A DNA stretch of 64,000 nt, taken from contig NC_042997.1 in the NCBI RefSeq assembly GCF_006345805.1, forward strand, positions 157,790,001 to 157,854,000, given 5' to 3'. Numbering within the stretch: the first letter of the stretch is position 1; each line of letters opens with the position of its first letter. Shown in pieces: positions 1 to 12,752 of the stretch. The DNA comes from Octopus sinensis (lineage: Eukaryota). Both the position numbers and the translations under genes were made by a program. The notes beneath the pieces were generated by a model, which was not told the DNA's origin, ran no database searches, and saw only the letters and a program-made list of their open reading frames with translations.

Positions 1-326
1 TACTGAGGCTCACAAAGAAATATGTAAAGTTTATGGTGTTGGTTGCATAACAAAACGCATCTGTCAAAAATGGTTTAAAACATTCCGTTCTGGAAATTCT
101 CACTCATAGATGACCAACGTTCTGATCGACCTACTGAAGTTGATGATGACCGAATCAATAAGGACCAGAAGTTCTATGAGTGTAGAATCATGAAATTGCC
201 AGAAAGATAGCAAAAGGTTATCGAATAGAATGGAAAATATATAATTGATTAAAGTTCATTCTTTGTATGAAAAAAAAAATTACATTTATTTCACACAACC
301 GAAACTACTTTCTTGCCAACCCAATA
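1..326 (+). mobile_element. Internally deleted mariner (Tc1/mariner) remnant, right end
   Basis: Reads EAHKEICKVYG...CQKWFKTFRSG...RSDRPTEVDDD (transposase N-terminus) joined to FYE..IMKLPER*QKVIE*NGKYI (C-terminus); ends in TIR-like ...ttgccaacccaa-ta. Confidence 0.8.
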
Positions 327-1063
327 TATAAATAATGAGGGCGCATAGGTGATGCATTTACCGTCTAGCTATCGTAATTTCAATTCCTAGGCCGGGAGGT
401 GCGTTGTGTTCAACAAAACACTTGCTTTGAATTTGCTGCAAAAAGTCGTTTACGTTCGTGGTAGTGAGTTTTTCTTCGGCGGGGGGAATAGGAATGTGGC
501 ATGGGTGTCAAGGGGGCGGCAGCCCAAAATTTTTGGGAACCACTGGTCTAAAACTATTAACTCAGTATATTTAGATTAAAATGCCTGCTTTATTTCACAA
601 TTATAAGTGGCACAAGTGCGATAAACTTGAGTTTAATTGAAAGAATCGGCTTTCTTATTACTCCGTTCTTAATTGGTACTAAACATAATTTTATGTACAT
701 TAGTTAATTATTTTGCTTCGTGCATCACCATTTCTTCCTCTCCAAACGCCGAAATTAAACTTCTCAAAGTAGCTTTGCTTTTAATGACTTCATAAACACG
801 GTGCTTTCATAAATGTGAGATGTCATGTTCCTTTCCCCCGTGCTCTTTAGACCCGTTACAATCTGCCCTGGTTCTTCCAAAACATGCGAAAGATATTTGA
901 CCAGTTTTCTTTACATTTTGACCCATTATAGATTTTTCTTTCCTCGCTCCCCAGTTACACTGATATACTAATAATGAAATAATAAAATCACTGTAATTAA
1001 TCTTTTGCATGCATACAAATACTATTACTATTACATACATATACAAATACTATTACATATTTC

Positions 1064-1285
1064 TTTACTACCCACAAGGGGCTAAACACAGAAAGGACAA
1101 ACAAGGTCAGACAAACGGATTAAGTCGATTGCATCGACCCCAGTGCGTAATTGGTACTTAATTTATCGACCCCGAAAGGATGAAAGGCAAAGTCGACCTC
1201 GGTGGAATTTGAACTCAGAACGTAACGGCAGACGAAATACGGCTACGCATTTCGCCCGGCGTGCTAACGGTTCTGCCAGCTTGCT
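1064..1285 (-). mobile_element. tRNA-type SINE, family A
   Basis: Reverse complement of the gttctgagttcaaattccgccgaggtcgactttgcctttcatcc (B-box-like) core. More diverged copies at ~1440-1600, 1670-1800, 13940-14090, 53930-54075 (minus) and ~17890-18020 (plus). Confidence 0.8.
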
Positions 1286-2224
1286 ACAAATACTATTACA
1301 ATTTAACAAGTATTCAGAGTAAATGGGATATTCAGGCAATAAATAGAAAATTATATAATCTAAGTCGATGTCGCAATGTCAGCTAAGAGAAATACTGATT
1401 TATAACATTGGCACAATGTCACAAATGGTGCGTGCGGAGAATAAATGGTTAGATACATCGACACTACTTTATTTATCGACCCCTGAAAGATGAAAGGTAA
1501 AATTAACTGTAGCGAATTTTGAACCTAGAACATAAAGAGCGACGAAAAACACAGACAGCTATTTGTCAACCACTTCCACGATTCTACCATTATCCGATCC
1601 TCGTTAAAGGAAATAATATTCAGTTTATTTAGAGATTTTAATAAAAAGTAATTGGGTAATACTATTTTAGTATTGTGGGTTTATTTTATTGACCCAGTGA
1701 GGATGAATTTAAAGTCGTCCTCGGCGAGATTTGAACTCAGAATGTAAATATCCGCAATTGCACAACGCAGAAAGATATCTAGAATCGGATTCTGCTATCC
1801 ACCACCTTTATTCGTTTGTAATAACGAATAAATATATTGTATTATATCTTAAAGCAAATATTATCAGCTGATAATATTTGCTCAGAAGCACTTGAGTGCA
1901 TTTTTCCATGGCATTATATTTCTATCAAATGAAGATATCACATACATACTGTTCCTGTACACAAATCTATATTTTGTTTCGGCAAGTCATTAAATATTAA
2001 ACATTAAACACTAAGCAATGATAAAGATATGGGTAAAATTTGTGGAGCGGCAGAAAAAGGCCTTGCCGTATTACGTTACATCCCTTTTGCTAGCATTGAA
2101 CCATCTACAAAAATTACTTTAAACACAATTAATCTCAGCTTTCAGTATATTAATTTATCTGTAAATTTAAGTTGCTTCGTTTTTGTGCCTTTTCACTATC
2201 ATAATTTTCTAATTTATCCAAGAT

Positions 2225-2235
<11 letters not shown>

Positions 2236-2317
<82 letters not shown>
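2236..2317. repeat. Representative (TA)n microsatellite; dozens of (TA)n, (CA)n, (GA)n, (CATA)n and (GATA)n tracts occur throughout
   Basis: Directly visible; these tracts generate most ORFs in the six-frame track. Confidence 0.98.
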
Positions 2318-2321
<4 letters not shown>

Positions 2322-3759
2322 CAGGAAAGTTCTTTAGTCTAAGGACGCTAAAACTCCGACAGAGTGATAGTATATAAATTAATGAGATATTTTGAATGAT
2401 GTTCACAACTATGCTTTCTAAAACAGTTAGTTACCCAGTTACTTTTCTTGTTACAACTTAGTGTAGCAATACTAAAACAATTGTTAGAAGAGGAACCGGA
2501 ATTTAAAGAGAATAATATCCTAGCAAAAGTAACCCTTACTTGGGCTCTCGATTCCTGGTGAGGTTGTAGAGATACCGCTGTGGCATACAATGCGTAGCTC
2601 AAACCTCTTCAGGTATGATCTCAGCCAATTCCTTTCAGAAAGATACAGAAACACACCGAAAGAAGGGCAGAGACAAAGAGAAGAACCAAACCCAGGACAT
2701 TAAGAGTACTTTATTTATCGATTACGGAGAGTGCAAAGAGCCGCAATGTCGTATGGATTAGCACGAGGTAATCTATCCAACATTTCAACGACTCAGGAAA
2801 GTAATCATCTAACTAATGCTAGTATGGAAAACTGATGTAAAAACGAATGAGCGTGTGTGTGTGTGTGTGTGTGTGTTTGTGTGTGTGCTTGTGTGTGTGT
2901 GTATGTGTGTGTGCATGTGTGTGTGTGTTTGTGTGTGTGTGTGTTCGTGTGTGTGTGTGTGGGTGTGTGTTCCTTAGTGTATACGTTTGAAGGATATAAA
3001 CATGAGTAAAATAACTAAAATACAAGACGTTTACGAACAGTATCCACTGGAATGTTTGTTCTGCAACGTGTTATAATCATTCTCTTGTTTCTTTCCCTGT
3101 CTGTCTGTCTCTCTCTCTCTGTGCCTCTCTCGGTCTGTCTGTCTGCCTGTCTCTCACTCTCTCTTAAAACATACAGAAAGCTTGTGGATAAGTCATTGGA
3201 AATTCAACAATTCCGGTACGTAATAAATAATTTTATGAAATAGTCTACAAAATTACCAAGGTTGAGGTCGTTGACTGCATTGCTAAATATGCAAATTAAA
3301 GCATATAAACAATCATAAAATCTGCAAGGGATTATAAATCCCTTCGCTTTGATGAATTTTGTTGAAATATATAACCAGTTACACATATTTAACGAGAAAC
3401 ATACGAGTATGCTTTTTCTTTATGTATGGAACCGTTACACATATTTGACCGTTAGCAGTTTCCAGCAACTAGGAGAATAATTGATTAATATAGTACACGC
3501 ATTACCAACGAAACATTAACCAATTTCCTTGGTGACACGTTTCATTTGATGTTGACGTCAAAAGTAAATTTTTAATTTCCATTCCGCAAGCTATGCACAC
3601 TTATACATTCAAATACTTATAAACATACACACTGCTAAGTCTATATATATATATATATAGGTTTCTTTTCATTATATATGCGCATACATATGGACGCACG
3701 CACGCGCGCACACACATGCACATCTCGCATATATGTATGTATCTATATGTACGTATATG

Positions 3760-3791
<32 letters not shown>

Positions 3792-3803
3792 TACATACAT
3801 AGA

Positions 3804-3851
<48 letters not shown>

Positions 3852-4460
3852 ATATATATATATATATAAATTTGACATGGGTGATTGTTTTTTGTTTTAG
3901 GATTCACGGTCAAACGGCTGGGTGGAATTGCGTGAAAAATTACACAGATGTGTAGAATGATCCGGTGGTGTTGCTTGGCTTTGTATCTTTTATACCTCTC
4001 ATGGTTACCGAGATAATCTACTATAATAATACTCTTGTGTTTTTCAATGAGAAAGGAAGGGGTAATAGATGAATACGGAAGGAAGGGGACAATGTCATAC
4101 TTGGTAGTGGGATGATGAAAATTGTATGCTGAAAAAATAAATCATACAGCGTTTCAACTCTGGGTGAATATATGTGTGTGTATGTAAAAGGGGGTATGTG
4201 AATGTGAGTGCGTATGCGCGAGCAATGGAAGTGGGATGGTTCATCTTTGTTCGCTTAGTATTTGTGTTTATTTTTTGATTTGGTTGAATTTTGGTTGTGT
4301 TTTTTTGTTGGTCAGTTATTTTTAGCTTTTTGACAAAAAAAAGTCATTCTAAAATTGTTTTTTAACGTAAGTGTGCCCAAGCAAGTCGAATGCTTACACA
4401 GAGCAGGTTTTACAGCGACATCATCCAAACCGACCGGGTGAAACCGGGTTTAGCTGTTAG

Positions 4461-4564
<104 letters not shown>

Positions 4565-7500
4565 CAACTTATAAACAAGGGCTTTTGCCCTTGTTTATAA
4601 TTTTAACCATTAAAGGTATTTTAATATGCTGCCACTTTTTGATGAAATTTTTTCTATAAAAAACTTCATCCTATATTAGTAGTATGTATATATATATATA
4701 TATATATGCATATATTCACACACATACACCCACACATGCACACACACGCACACACACACACATATATATTGTGTGCGTACGCGCGCGAAATGACTAAGGT
4801 TATTAATCAAAAGTCGAAAGAAATAAAGTTCTGAGGTCAGAAATTTGCCACGTGATTTAGAATTCAATGCTTTTCATAACGTGTCAGAAAGGTTTTTTTT
4901 TAAAACTTCCTGAGAAAGAATTGAAGCATTTGATAACAGGTTGAGAATCATTCAACACATGAAAAATTATATTGATGTCATTACAAGTGTGGCCTATAAA
5001 GAGATGACGACGCTTCAGATTTCAAATACCCCAATCTGAGTACGTCTGACGCTTTAAAAAAAAAAAATAATAAAATAAAAAATATTAAACAAATTTCGAG
5101 AAGTTTAATAGTTAATGCATGACTTATAGAAGTGAAAATGGATTGGCATTGCTCTCAACAACAAACCCAACCTTAGACCATTACGTTAAGTAGAATAGCT
5201 TTTCTAAGCATAAGCACCTTATCATCACATGTAACCACATTTAGCAAGTGTTGTGGAATATTTTCATTCAGTTATTACTATGAAAATAAAATTAAGTACT
5301 GACTAGAAATAATTAATGGAGGTACTAAATATACACGATTACTCTGTTATATTGTAATAGAACTGGGGATTTATCATCTCTGTGAAAACTAGTGTAGCAC
5401 GAAAGTTATATTCTTTCTTAAAAAGAAGTATTTTGCGAGCGGCCACACACTATGCTGATTAACAAAATCAATGTACAATGAGTCTCATCTGAATTAAGAA
5501 CGCGCGTTATCAAGAATACCAGTACATACTGAGAAAAGACTAAGATCTAACTAAACTCACATACAACTGAAAGAGAAAGTAGCTGTTCTCGGAAAGGGAA
5601 AGTTGCTGCATACTGCATGGCATATGCTGATAAGATCAACAAAGAAATTGATAGATCATGCGTGCATGTGTTAGTGTATATACAATCATACACATATATA
5701 AGACAGAGGGGTTGGATGAAAAAATGTAACGTAACTCACGATAATGATATAATTCGGAGTAAAGAATGAAACAGCTGTAATCTCTACGGAAATATCAAAG
5801 TTTTTTGCCGCTCACACTTCGTCATTTTGCTTACACGCACCCTCACACAGACACAGACACACACAGACACAGACACACACACACACATACATGCACGCTC
5901 TCACACAAACACACACACACACGCTCACACACATACACACATACTCATATATTATATTAGTTGTATACATGCATATATACATATATATGCATACTTATAT
6001 GTGAGTCTATGTATGTTGTGTTTTTGTGTGCGTGTGTTTGAAATTACTTACATTGTCTTTTTACCAGTCTGCGAGCAGGAACATAGTTGATGCAAAGCAG
6101 AAGTCCTACAAGAATGAATGTTTGCTGGAGCAAACCCATCTTTGGACTGGAAGGAAAAGTAAATAATATTTCAATAAATTAAAAGAAGAAAACGCAACAT
6201 AAGTGATAGCAATAGAGTATCAATTCCAATAAATACTTGTATTTCAAGATCTTTAAATATGAATTATATTACTACTCCTTACATATAAAATTGGTATTAA
6301 ATGAGGTTAGGAAATTTAATTATACAATAAATACTACAAATATTCTTCTGATGGTGGTCTGTTCGTACAACAATTAGGATTTAGTTGAAAGTAATGAAGG
6401 TAATGGTGATGGTAATGATAGTTGTGATAATGATAATGCTGTTGGTGATGTTATGGATGATTATGATGGTGTCTAATATACACACGAGAGAAAATTGCTG
6501 ATTATAAAGTCCCCACTGTTTTTGTTTTTTCTTGCCCTCTCAAGGATGCAATCTAATGTTGATCTTAAGAGAATTTGAATTCAGAATGCAAAAGGACGCA
6601 ACTAAAAACGTTTTGTTCATCGTTTTGTTGATTTTTCTATTTAATACTTCCCACGAGGATGATGCTAATGTAAAAAAATATAAAGGAGATAAATAATTCA
6701 TAATGTTTACTCCTTTCTTCACAACATGAGTATAGAGAAACAGCTTTAATTTGGGAAACGAAACAGTTGCTCACGTAGCTCAATATAGTCAACTTCTTAC
6801 TAGCTTATGAAATATTCCTGAGTTCTATTGCACTTTTTTGTATTTTCATGTTTAATATTAAATCAGTTATTCTTAATAATAACAGGTAGGGAGCAATCTG
6901 TTCAGTAGAATCTGGTATATTACGGTTATTTATTCTTCAAGTAATGCTGGAATGTGAGGTCAAAGTAATTACTGAAAGAATACAGTACGAATTATGGTAA
7001 AGCCAGAATAATCCCATTCTACATATATCTCGTATTGTATTATCTATTGAGTGACGAAGCAGAAGCACTCTTGAACGATTTTGTAATTGTGTCCTCTCTA
7101 TATATTCTATATCGCAGGAAATATTTGTCCAGTACCAATAACTTCGTGCTGTTGTGGTTTAACCTCCAGTCGGTCACCCCAACTGAGTAAAGCTATGATA
7201 AAATGTTTTCTATAGAGGCAATGCAGTCTTGCTTTCCTAGATATCGTGTGTGCACCGGAGTATTTTGTCGAATGTGCCTTTTCCTAGATTCTTTCGTAGA
7301 CCGAAAAATAGTTCTTGAGGAAGCATTTGACGGCAGTTTAAGACCCTCCCTCGCTGACTCGGTTGTGTAGCTCTTACTCTTTAAAACTACATCAGTCATG
7401 ATCGAGTAGAAGAAAGTCCAGCCGTGACCATCCTGTCTTTTTCAGTAGATTGTAGGATGTAATTCGAGTGAGATGTGGTGGTTGTTTCTAATAGATCAAA

Positions 7501-8796
7501 TGATCAAGATGAGTTTCTTACATCTCCTTGTTTGTTTGTGTGTGTGTGTGTGTGTGTGTCTGTGTCTGTGTGTGTGCGTGCATGTATGTACATGTAAGTA
7601 TGCAAGTTTCAGTAAGTGGCTGTCATTTTGTTTCGCATCCAGGATTATCTCTGTTGAAGGTAAAAATAATTTGTGATACATACCTTTTAGTGTGGTCCAC
7701 TCGAATGCTTGATTTGGTGGCAAACTTTCTTTGTTATATAGGCTTAGTGCCACGTGACCTGCTTGAGAAAAATATGTGAAAAGCGAGAAGAGCGAGAAAA
7801 GAAGAAAATATGGAAACAAGAGAAACATAGAGAGTAAGAGAGAGAGAGAGGGGAAGGGAGAGGGAGAGAGAATAATGCGGAAGAAAAGGAACTAAATGGG
7901 AAAGGAGAGGGAGAAAGGGAGAGAGAGCATGGGAGATATAGTTAACGAGAACAAAGATATACTAAGAATTAACGTACATGGAATAGATTGAAAATGGAAT
8001 AATATAAAGAGATAGAAAAGCAAAATTGAAAAAACAAGCGAAGAAGAGAGAGAGAGAGAGAGGGGGGAGTGATTAAAAATAGTGATTAAATAAGGGTAGA
8101 TAACAAAATTATAGAAAAAAAAAATGTTAAGCCTGTGGTGCAGTGTGAGGGGAAAAGATACATCCCCGAAATAAAATAAAACATTAAAAACAAAAAAAAA
8201 ACCCAAATAATTTTTTTTGTGTAATTTGAAACTACAAAAGGTTTTCCTTTGGAGCAATGATACCAACCATCTCTGCCACCACTCTTCTAAGATCTCTGTT
8301 CCACTTCTCCCCTACCCCCGGTGCTTCAAGAATGTATCTAATAGACGAGAAACAAATGTTGCCATTAGCTAATTAACTCCCAAATGAAGGTCTTGTTTGT
8401 TCAGCGTCGACTAGAAAATGCACTGATTGTTTGCTGTACGGCTAATCCAATTTCTTAGCGTCCTGTCGTCAAAAATCCGGTTGGAAAGCCACTGAGCAGA
8501 CTAAGCAACACCCGTACCACAGTTAAGGTATTCGCCAGGTGCGTCCATCCCCAAGCTGACAGTTGCTGGTCTTTTACGTTGACATTACATACCGTTTTAA
8601 TCCTGAAGATATTACGTTACACGATGATGTTATTTGATTAGACACCGACATAAAATACTTTTATCGCACTAATCATTTGGTTTAAAGTGTCATATACAGG
8701 AGAAGTGAGTTTACATACATGCATACATACACACAGACACATATGTGTGTGTGCATGTACGTGCGTGTATATATACATGTGTGTATGTACGTACAT

Positions 8797-8842
<46 letters not shown>

Positions 8843-8849
8843 TTATATT

Positions 8850-8881
<32 letters not shown>

Positions 8882-9189
8882 ATGTACACATACAAGCCTA
8901 CCCACACATATGTATATTTAGAATTATACATATCCACACACAAACACACACACTTATTTGTATGTTTGTATATTTATGTGTGTATATATAACTGCCCAAA
9001 GCATGAATATTAACTAGAGAATGCTGAATAATGCAATATTTCGCCTACTAATTTACTAATTTCGCCCTAAAATCCAATAGGTGTTGTTTAAAATGTAAAT
9101 TCAACAGACAGCATTAACGGAATCACATGTTCAATTTACATGAACTTGATAATCAACACTGATTAGTCTCGTTAATTATTTTTTAGTTA

Positions 9190-9362
9190 TTTGATTGCGG
9201 TCATGCTGGGGCACAGCCTTGAAGGGCTTTACTCTTACAAATCGACCTCGGGACTTTTTAAAGCCTAATACTAATTTTATTGCTGAACCGCTAAGTTACG
9301 GGAACGCAAAGACACCAGCATCGGTTGTTGAGCGATGGTGGGGGATAAACACAGACAGAAAG

Positions 9363-9394
<32 letters not shown>

Positions 9395-9480
9395 GACGGG
9401 CTTCTTTCAGTTTCCGTCTACCAAACCCACTCACAAGGCTTTGGTTGATCCGAGGCTATAGTAGAAAACACTTGCCCATT
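9190..9480 (-). mobile_element. SINE family B (internal microsatellite type)
   Basis: Shares segments with 43116-43590; another partial copy at ~63860-64000 (minus). Confidence 0.7.
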
Positions 9481-10080
9481 CATTCATACTTTTCGTTCAC
9501 CCAGTTGCACTTTCAGGGGTTGATTAAACTCGTGGTTAAAGTAGAAGACACGTATCTTAGGTGGTTCCCATAGGGGGATCGAACCTGAAAACACGTAGTT
9601 GCGAAGCAAATCTCCTCTTCGCTACACAATCATATGATGCTGGTCAATTTTCGTCTGCCACTGATTTTCTGTGCTTTATTATCATTATAATACATCAGCG
9701 TTAAGTGTGATATACAGATTGCTGTACAAATCTACTTCAGTCGCTAATATCTAAAATAATATATATACATACATACATATATGTATGTGTGTGTGCACAC
9801 ATATATATATATATATATATATAATATATATATATATAATATATATATATATATAATATATATATATATATAATAATTCTCTAAATGAGATATAGACAGT
9901 GACTGCTGCATAATATAAGGGACATTAGCCAACTGAATATGGCTAGGGACAGGGCAGGGTGGTGGGGGTGTCACTGTTGCGTTTAGCCCCAGGCGAACAT
10001 CAACGTCACCAGATAGGCCGACGCCATCACGGCGTCCTCTATCTTGCAAAGGAAGATCATTCCCCAAGAAGCGGATGCCA

Positions 10081-10126
10081 CACACGGACCTAGGTTTCAA
10101 GGTGTATTGCCTATTATCAACGTGTG
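10081..10126 (-). ncRNA. Type I hammerhead-like ribozyme, U3-A8 core variant
   Basis: Minus strand: CACACG-TTGATAA-T AGG caataca CCT T-GAAA-CCTAGG-TC/CGTGTG. Perfect 6-bp stem I, palindromic stem III (ACCTAGGT), GUC cleavage triplet. Confidence 0.7.
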
Positions 10127-10475
10127 GTAGGCACCGCTTCTCGACGAATGACTCACCGTGCAAGATATATATAAAGATTTTCAAGTAAATACATTTACTG
10201 ATTTCGAAAATCTGTTCGACAGCAATAATAATTCTCTAAATGAGATATAGACAGTGACTGCTCCATAATATAAGGGACATTAGCCAACTGAATATGGCTA
10301 GGGACAGGGCAGGGTGGTGGGGGTATCACTGTTGCATTTAGCCCCAGGCGAACATCAACGTCACCAGATAGGCCGACGCCATCACGGCGTCCTCTATCTT
10401 GCAAAGGGAGATCATTCCCCAAAATCTTTATATATATCTTGCACGGTGAGTCATTCGTCGAGAAGCGGTGCCTAC

Positions 10476-10521
10476 CACACGTTGATAATAGGCAATAGAC
10501 CTTGAAACCTAGGTCCGTGTG
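10476..10521 (+). ncRNA. Type I hammerhead-like ribozyme, inverted copy of 10081-10126
   Basis: cacacg(10476-81) ttgataa(10482-88) taggcaatagacctt gaaa(10504-07) cctagg tc / cgtgtg(10516-21). Confidence 0.7.
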
Positions 10522-10681
10522 TGGCATCCTCTTCTTGGGGAATGATCTCCCTTTGCAAGATAGAGGACACCGTGATGGCGTCGGCCTATCTGGTGACGTT
10601 GATGTTCGCCTGGGGCTAAATGCAACAGTGACACCCCCACCACCCTGCCCTGTCTCTAGCCATATTCAGTTGGCTAATGTC

Positions 10682-10754
<73 letters not shown>

Positions 10755-10933
10755 ATGTGTACATAGGAGTGGCTGTGTAGTAAGTAGGCTTCTTACCAGC
10801 CACGTGGTTCCGGGTTCAGTCAGACTGCGTGGCACCTTGGGAAAGTGTCTTCTATTATAGCCTCGGGTCGACCAAAGCCTTGTGAGTGGATTTGGTAGAC
10901 GGAAACTGAAAGAAGCCGTCATATATATATATT

Positions 10934-10969
<36 letters not shown>

Positions 10970-11119
10970 ATATATATACATAAATTATTAGAGAGTTATC
11001 CACTATGTGGATAACTCTAGTGCTAAAAATAGCTCCGAAGCAACCACAGAAGATCTGTTTCCAACTAAATCAACATATTTAGCGGAAGGAAAGTGAAATA
11101 CAACGAATAAAATAGATTG

Positions 11120-11195
11120 ACTCTATACAATTGTTTCATTACTAATGTAATATGTAGTTTTACTTACACTTACATCTATAAATCTTCGGTAGAGT
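11120..11195 (-). ncRNA. Type I hammerhead-like ribozyme, C4 core variant with long stem II
   Basis: Minus strand: ACTCTA-CCGAAGA-(45-nt hairpin TTTATAGATGTAA...TTACATTAGTAAT)-GAAA-CAATTG-TA/TAGAGT. Perfect 6-bp stem I, palindromic stem III (ACAATTGT), GUA triplet. Confidence 0.68.
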
Positions 11196-11611
11196 TTGTC
11201 AGAAATGCAATTAATTAGATCGATTCGAGCGTCAAAAACACGAGCGGTCCAACCAATTACATTTTTAGTTATGTCTCAAATTCCGCGCCAAAAGCATGCC
11301 TAGACTCCATTGAAACGTATGCCGCATCAAATAAAATATTGACTGCCGCGTAGTTAATTTATAAAATTATAAATGAGGGTGAAAAATCGATATTAATTTA
11401 AAATATACCATTAATTTAACACCAAGTGGCTTAGCACAAAAAACTACGGAGAAAATACAAATTTATACATAAATTATTAGAGAGTTATCCACTATGTGGA
11501 TAACTCTAGTGCTAAAAATAGCTCCGAAGCAACCACAGAAGATCTGTTTCCAACTAGAATCAACATACATTTAGCGGAAGGAAAGTGAAATACAACGAAT
11601 AAAATAGATTG

Positions 11612-11687
11612 ACTCTATACAATTGTTTCATTACTAATGTAATATGTAGTTTTACTTACACTTACATCTATAAATCTTCGGTAGAGT
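11612..11687 (-). ncRNA. Second tandem copy of the C4-variant hammerhead, 492 nt from the first
   Basis: Same sequence as 11120-11195, offset 492 nt. Confidence 0.68.
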
Positions 11688-12512
11688 TTGTCAGAAATGC
11701 AATTAATTAGATCGATTAGTAATGAAACAATTGTATAGAGTCAATCTATTTTATTCGTTGTATTTCACTTTCCTTCCGCTAAATGTATGTTGATTCTAGT
11801 TGGAAACAGATCTTCTGTGGTTGCTTCGGAGCCATTTTTAGCACTAGAGTTATCCACATAGTGGATAACTCTCTAATAATTTATGTATAAATTTGTATTT
11901 TCTCGGTAGTTTTTTGTGCTAAGCCACTTGGTGTTAAATTAATGGTATTATTAAATTAATATCGATTTTTCACCCTCATTTATAATTTATAAATTTAACT
12001 ACGCGGCAGTCAATATTTTATTTGATGCGGCATACGTTTCCAATGGAGTCTAGGCATGCTTTTGGCGCGGAATTTGAGACATAACTAAAAATGTAATTGG
12101 TTGGACCGCTCGTGTTTTTGACGCTCGAATCGATCTAATTAATTGCATTTCTGACAAACTCTACCGAAGATTTATAGATGTAAGTGTAAGTAAAACTACA
12201 TATTACATTAGTAATGAAACAATTGTGTGTGTGTGTGTGTGTATGTATGTTTGTGTGTCTGTGTCTGTGCCCCCAACAACGCTTGACAACCGATGGTGGT
12301 GTGTTTACGCCCCATAAACTAGCGGATCAGCATAAGAGACCGATAGAATAAGTAATAGGCTTACAAAGAATAAGTCCGGGGGTCGATTTGCTTGACTAAA
12401 GGCGGTGCTCCAGCATGGCCGCAGTCAAATGACTGAAACAAGTAAAAGAATAAAGGCGTATATACACATATATACACTTATATACACACATACAATAATT
12501 ATAACGATAGAG

Positions 12513-12752
12513 AATATAGAGAGTGGTACATCCTCAAAATTTATTTCATTTTATTTTACAATGTTACACAGCATATATTTATGGTTACAACTACCTACAC
12601 GTGTTTTCGCTGCACAGAGTAAGAGCAGCTGCGTATGCAACCAATCATTATTTTCTGTGCAGCTTCGTTCAGGGTCTTTTAACCAGCTTGGCTCAAAGGA
12701 TGACATTGTAAAATAAAAGGAAATAAATTTTGAGGACGCATTAGTCTCCATA
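12513..12752. repeat. MITE-like foldback with ~38-bp inverted repeats (12529-12566 / 12701-12738)
   Basis: catcctcaaaatttatttcattttattttacaatgtta versus tgacattgtaaaataaaaggaaataaattttgaggacg. Confidence 0.65.

Larger units (their letters stand above)
9871..10689. mobile_element. Retrozyme / Penelope-pLTR-like non-coding element: 355-nt partial tandem plus inverted copy, within (TA)n
   Basis: Segment A at 9871-10067 and 10226-10422; inverted arms ~9913-10181 and ~10421-10689; contains the hammerhead fold. Confidence 0.6.
10976..12226. mobile_element. Retrozyme / Penelope-pLTR-like non-coding element: 489-492-nt tandem plus 512-bp inverted arm
   Basis: Direct repeat starting 10981 and 11470; inverted arms 11127-11638 and 11715-12226; hammerhead folds present. 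Confidence 0.62.
10765..12455 (+). mobile_element. SINE family B split by the 1.25-kb hammerhead element
   Basis: 5' half 10765-10920 and 3' half ~12245-12455 match the two halves of the uninterrupted copy at 43116-43590. Confidence 0.8.

Noticed and set aside
2348-2602. Non-repetitive ORF (also 18336-18521, 14241-14555, 24575-24868, 25590-25868)
   Set aside because: No recognisable domains or splice-compatible exon chain; the last two show only faint, unconvincing RT-like words
10995-11016. Inverted TTATCCAC(A)/TGTGGATAA pair resembling bacterial DnaA boxes (also at ~11485 and ~11850)
   Set aside because: It is a small palindrome inside a eukaryotic repeat unit, with no other bacterial or plasmid features in the window
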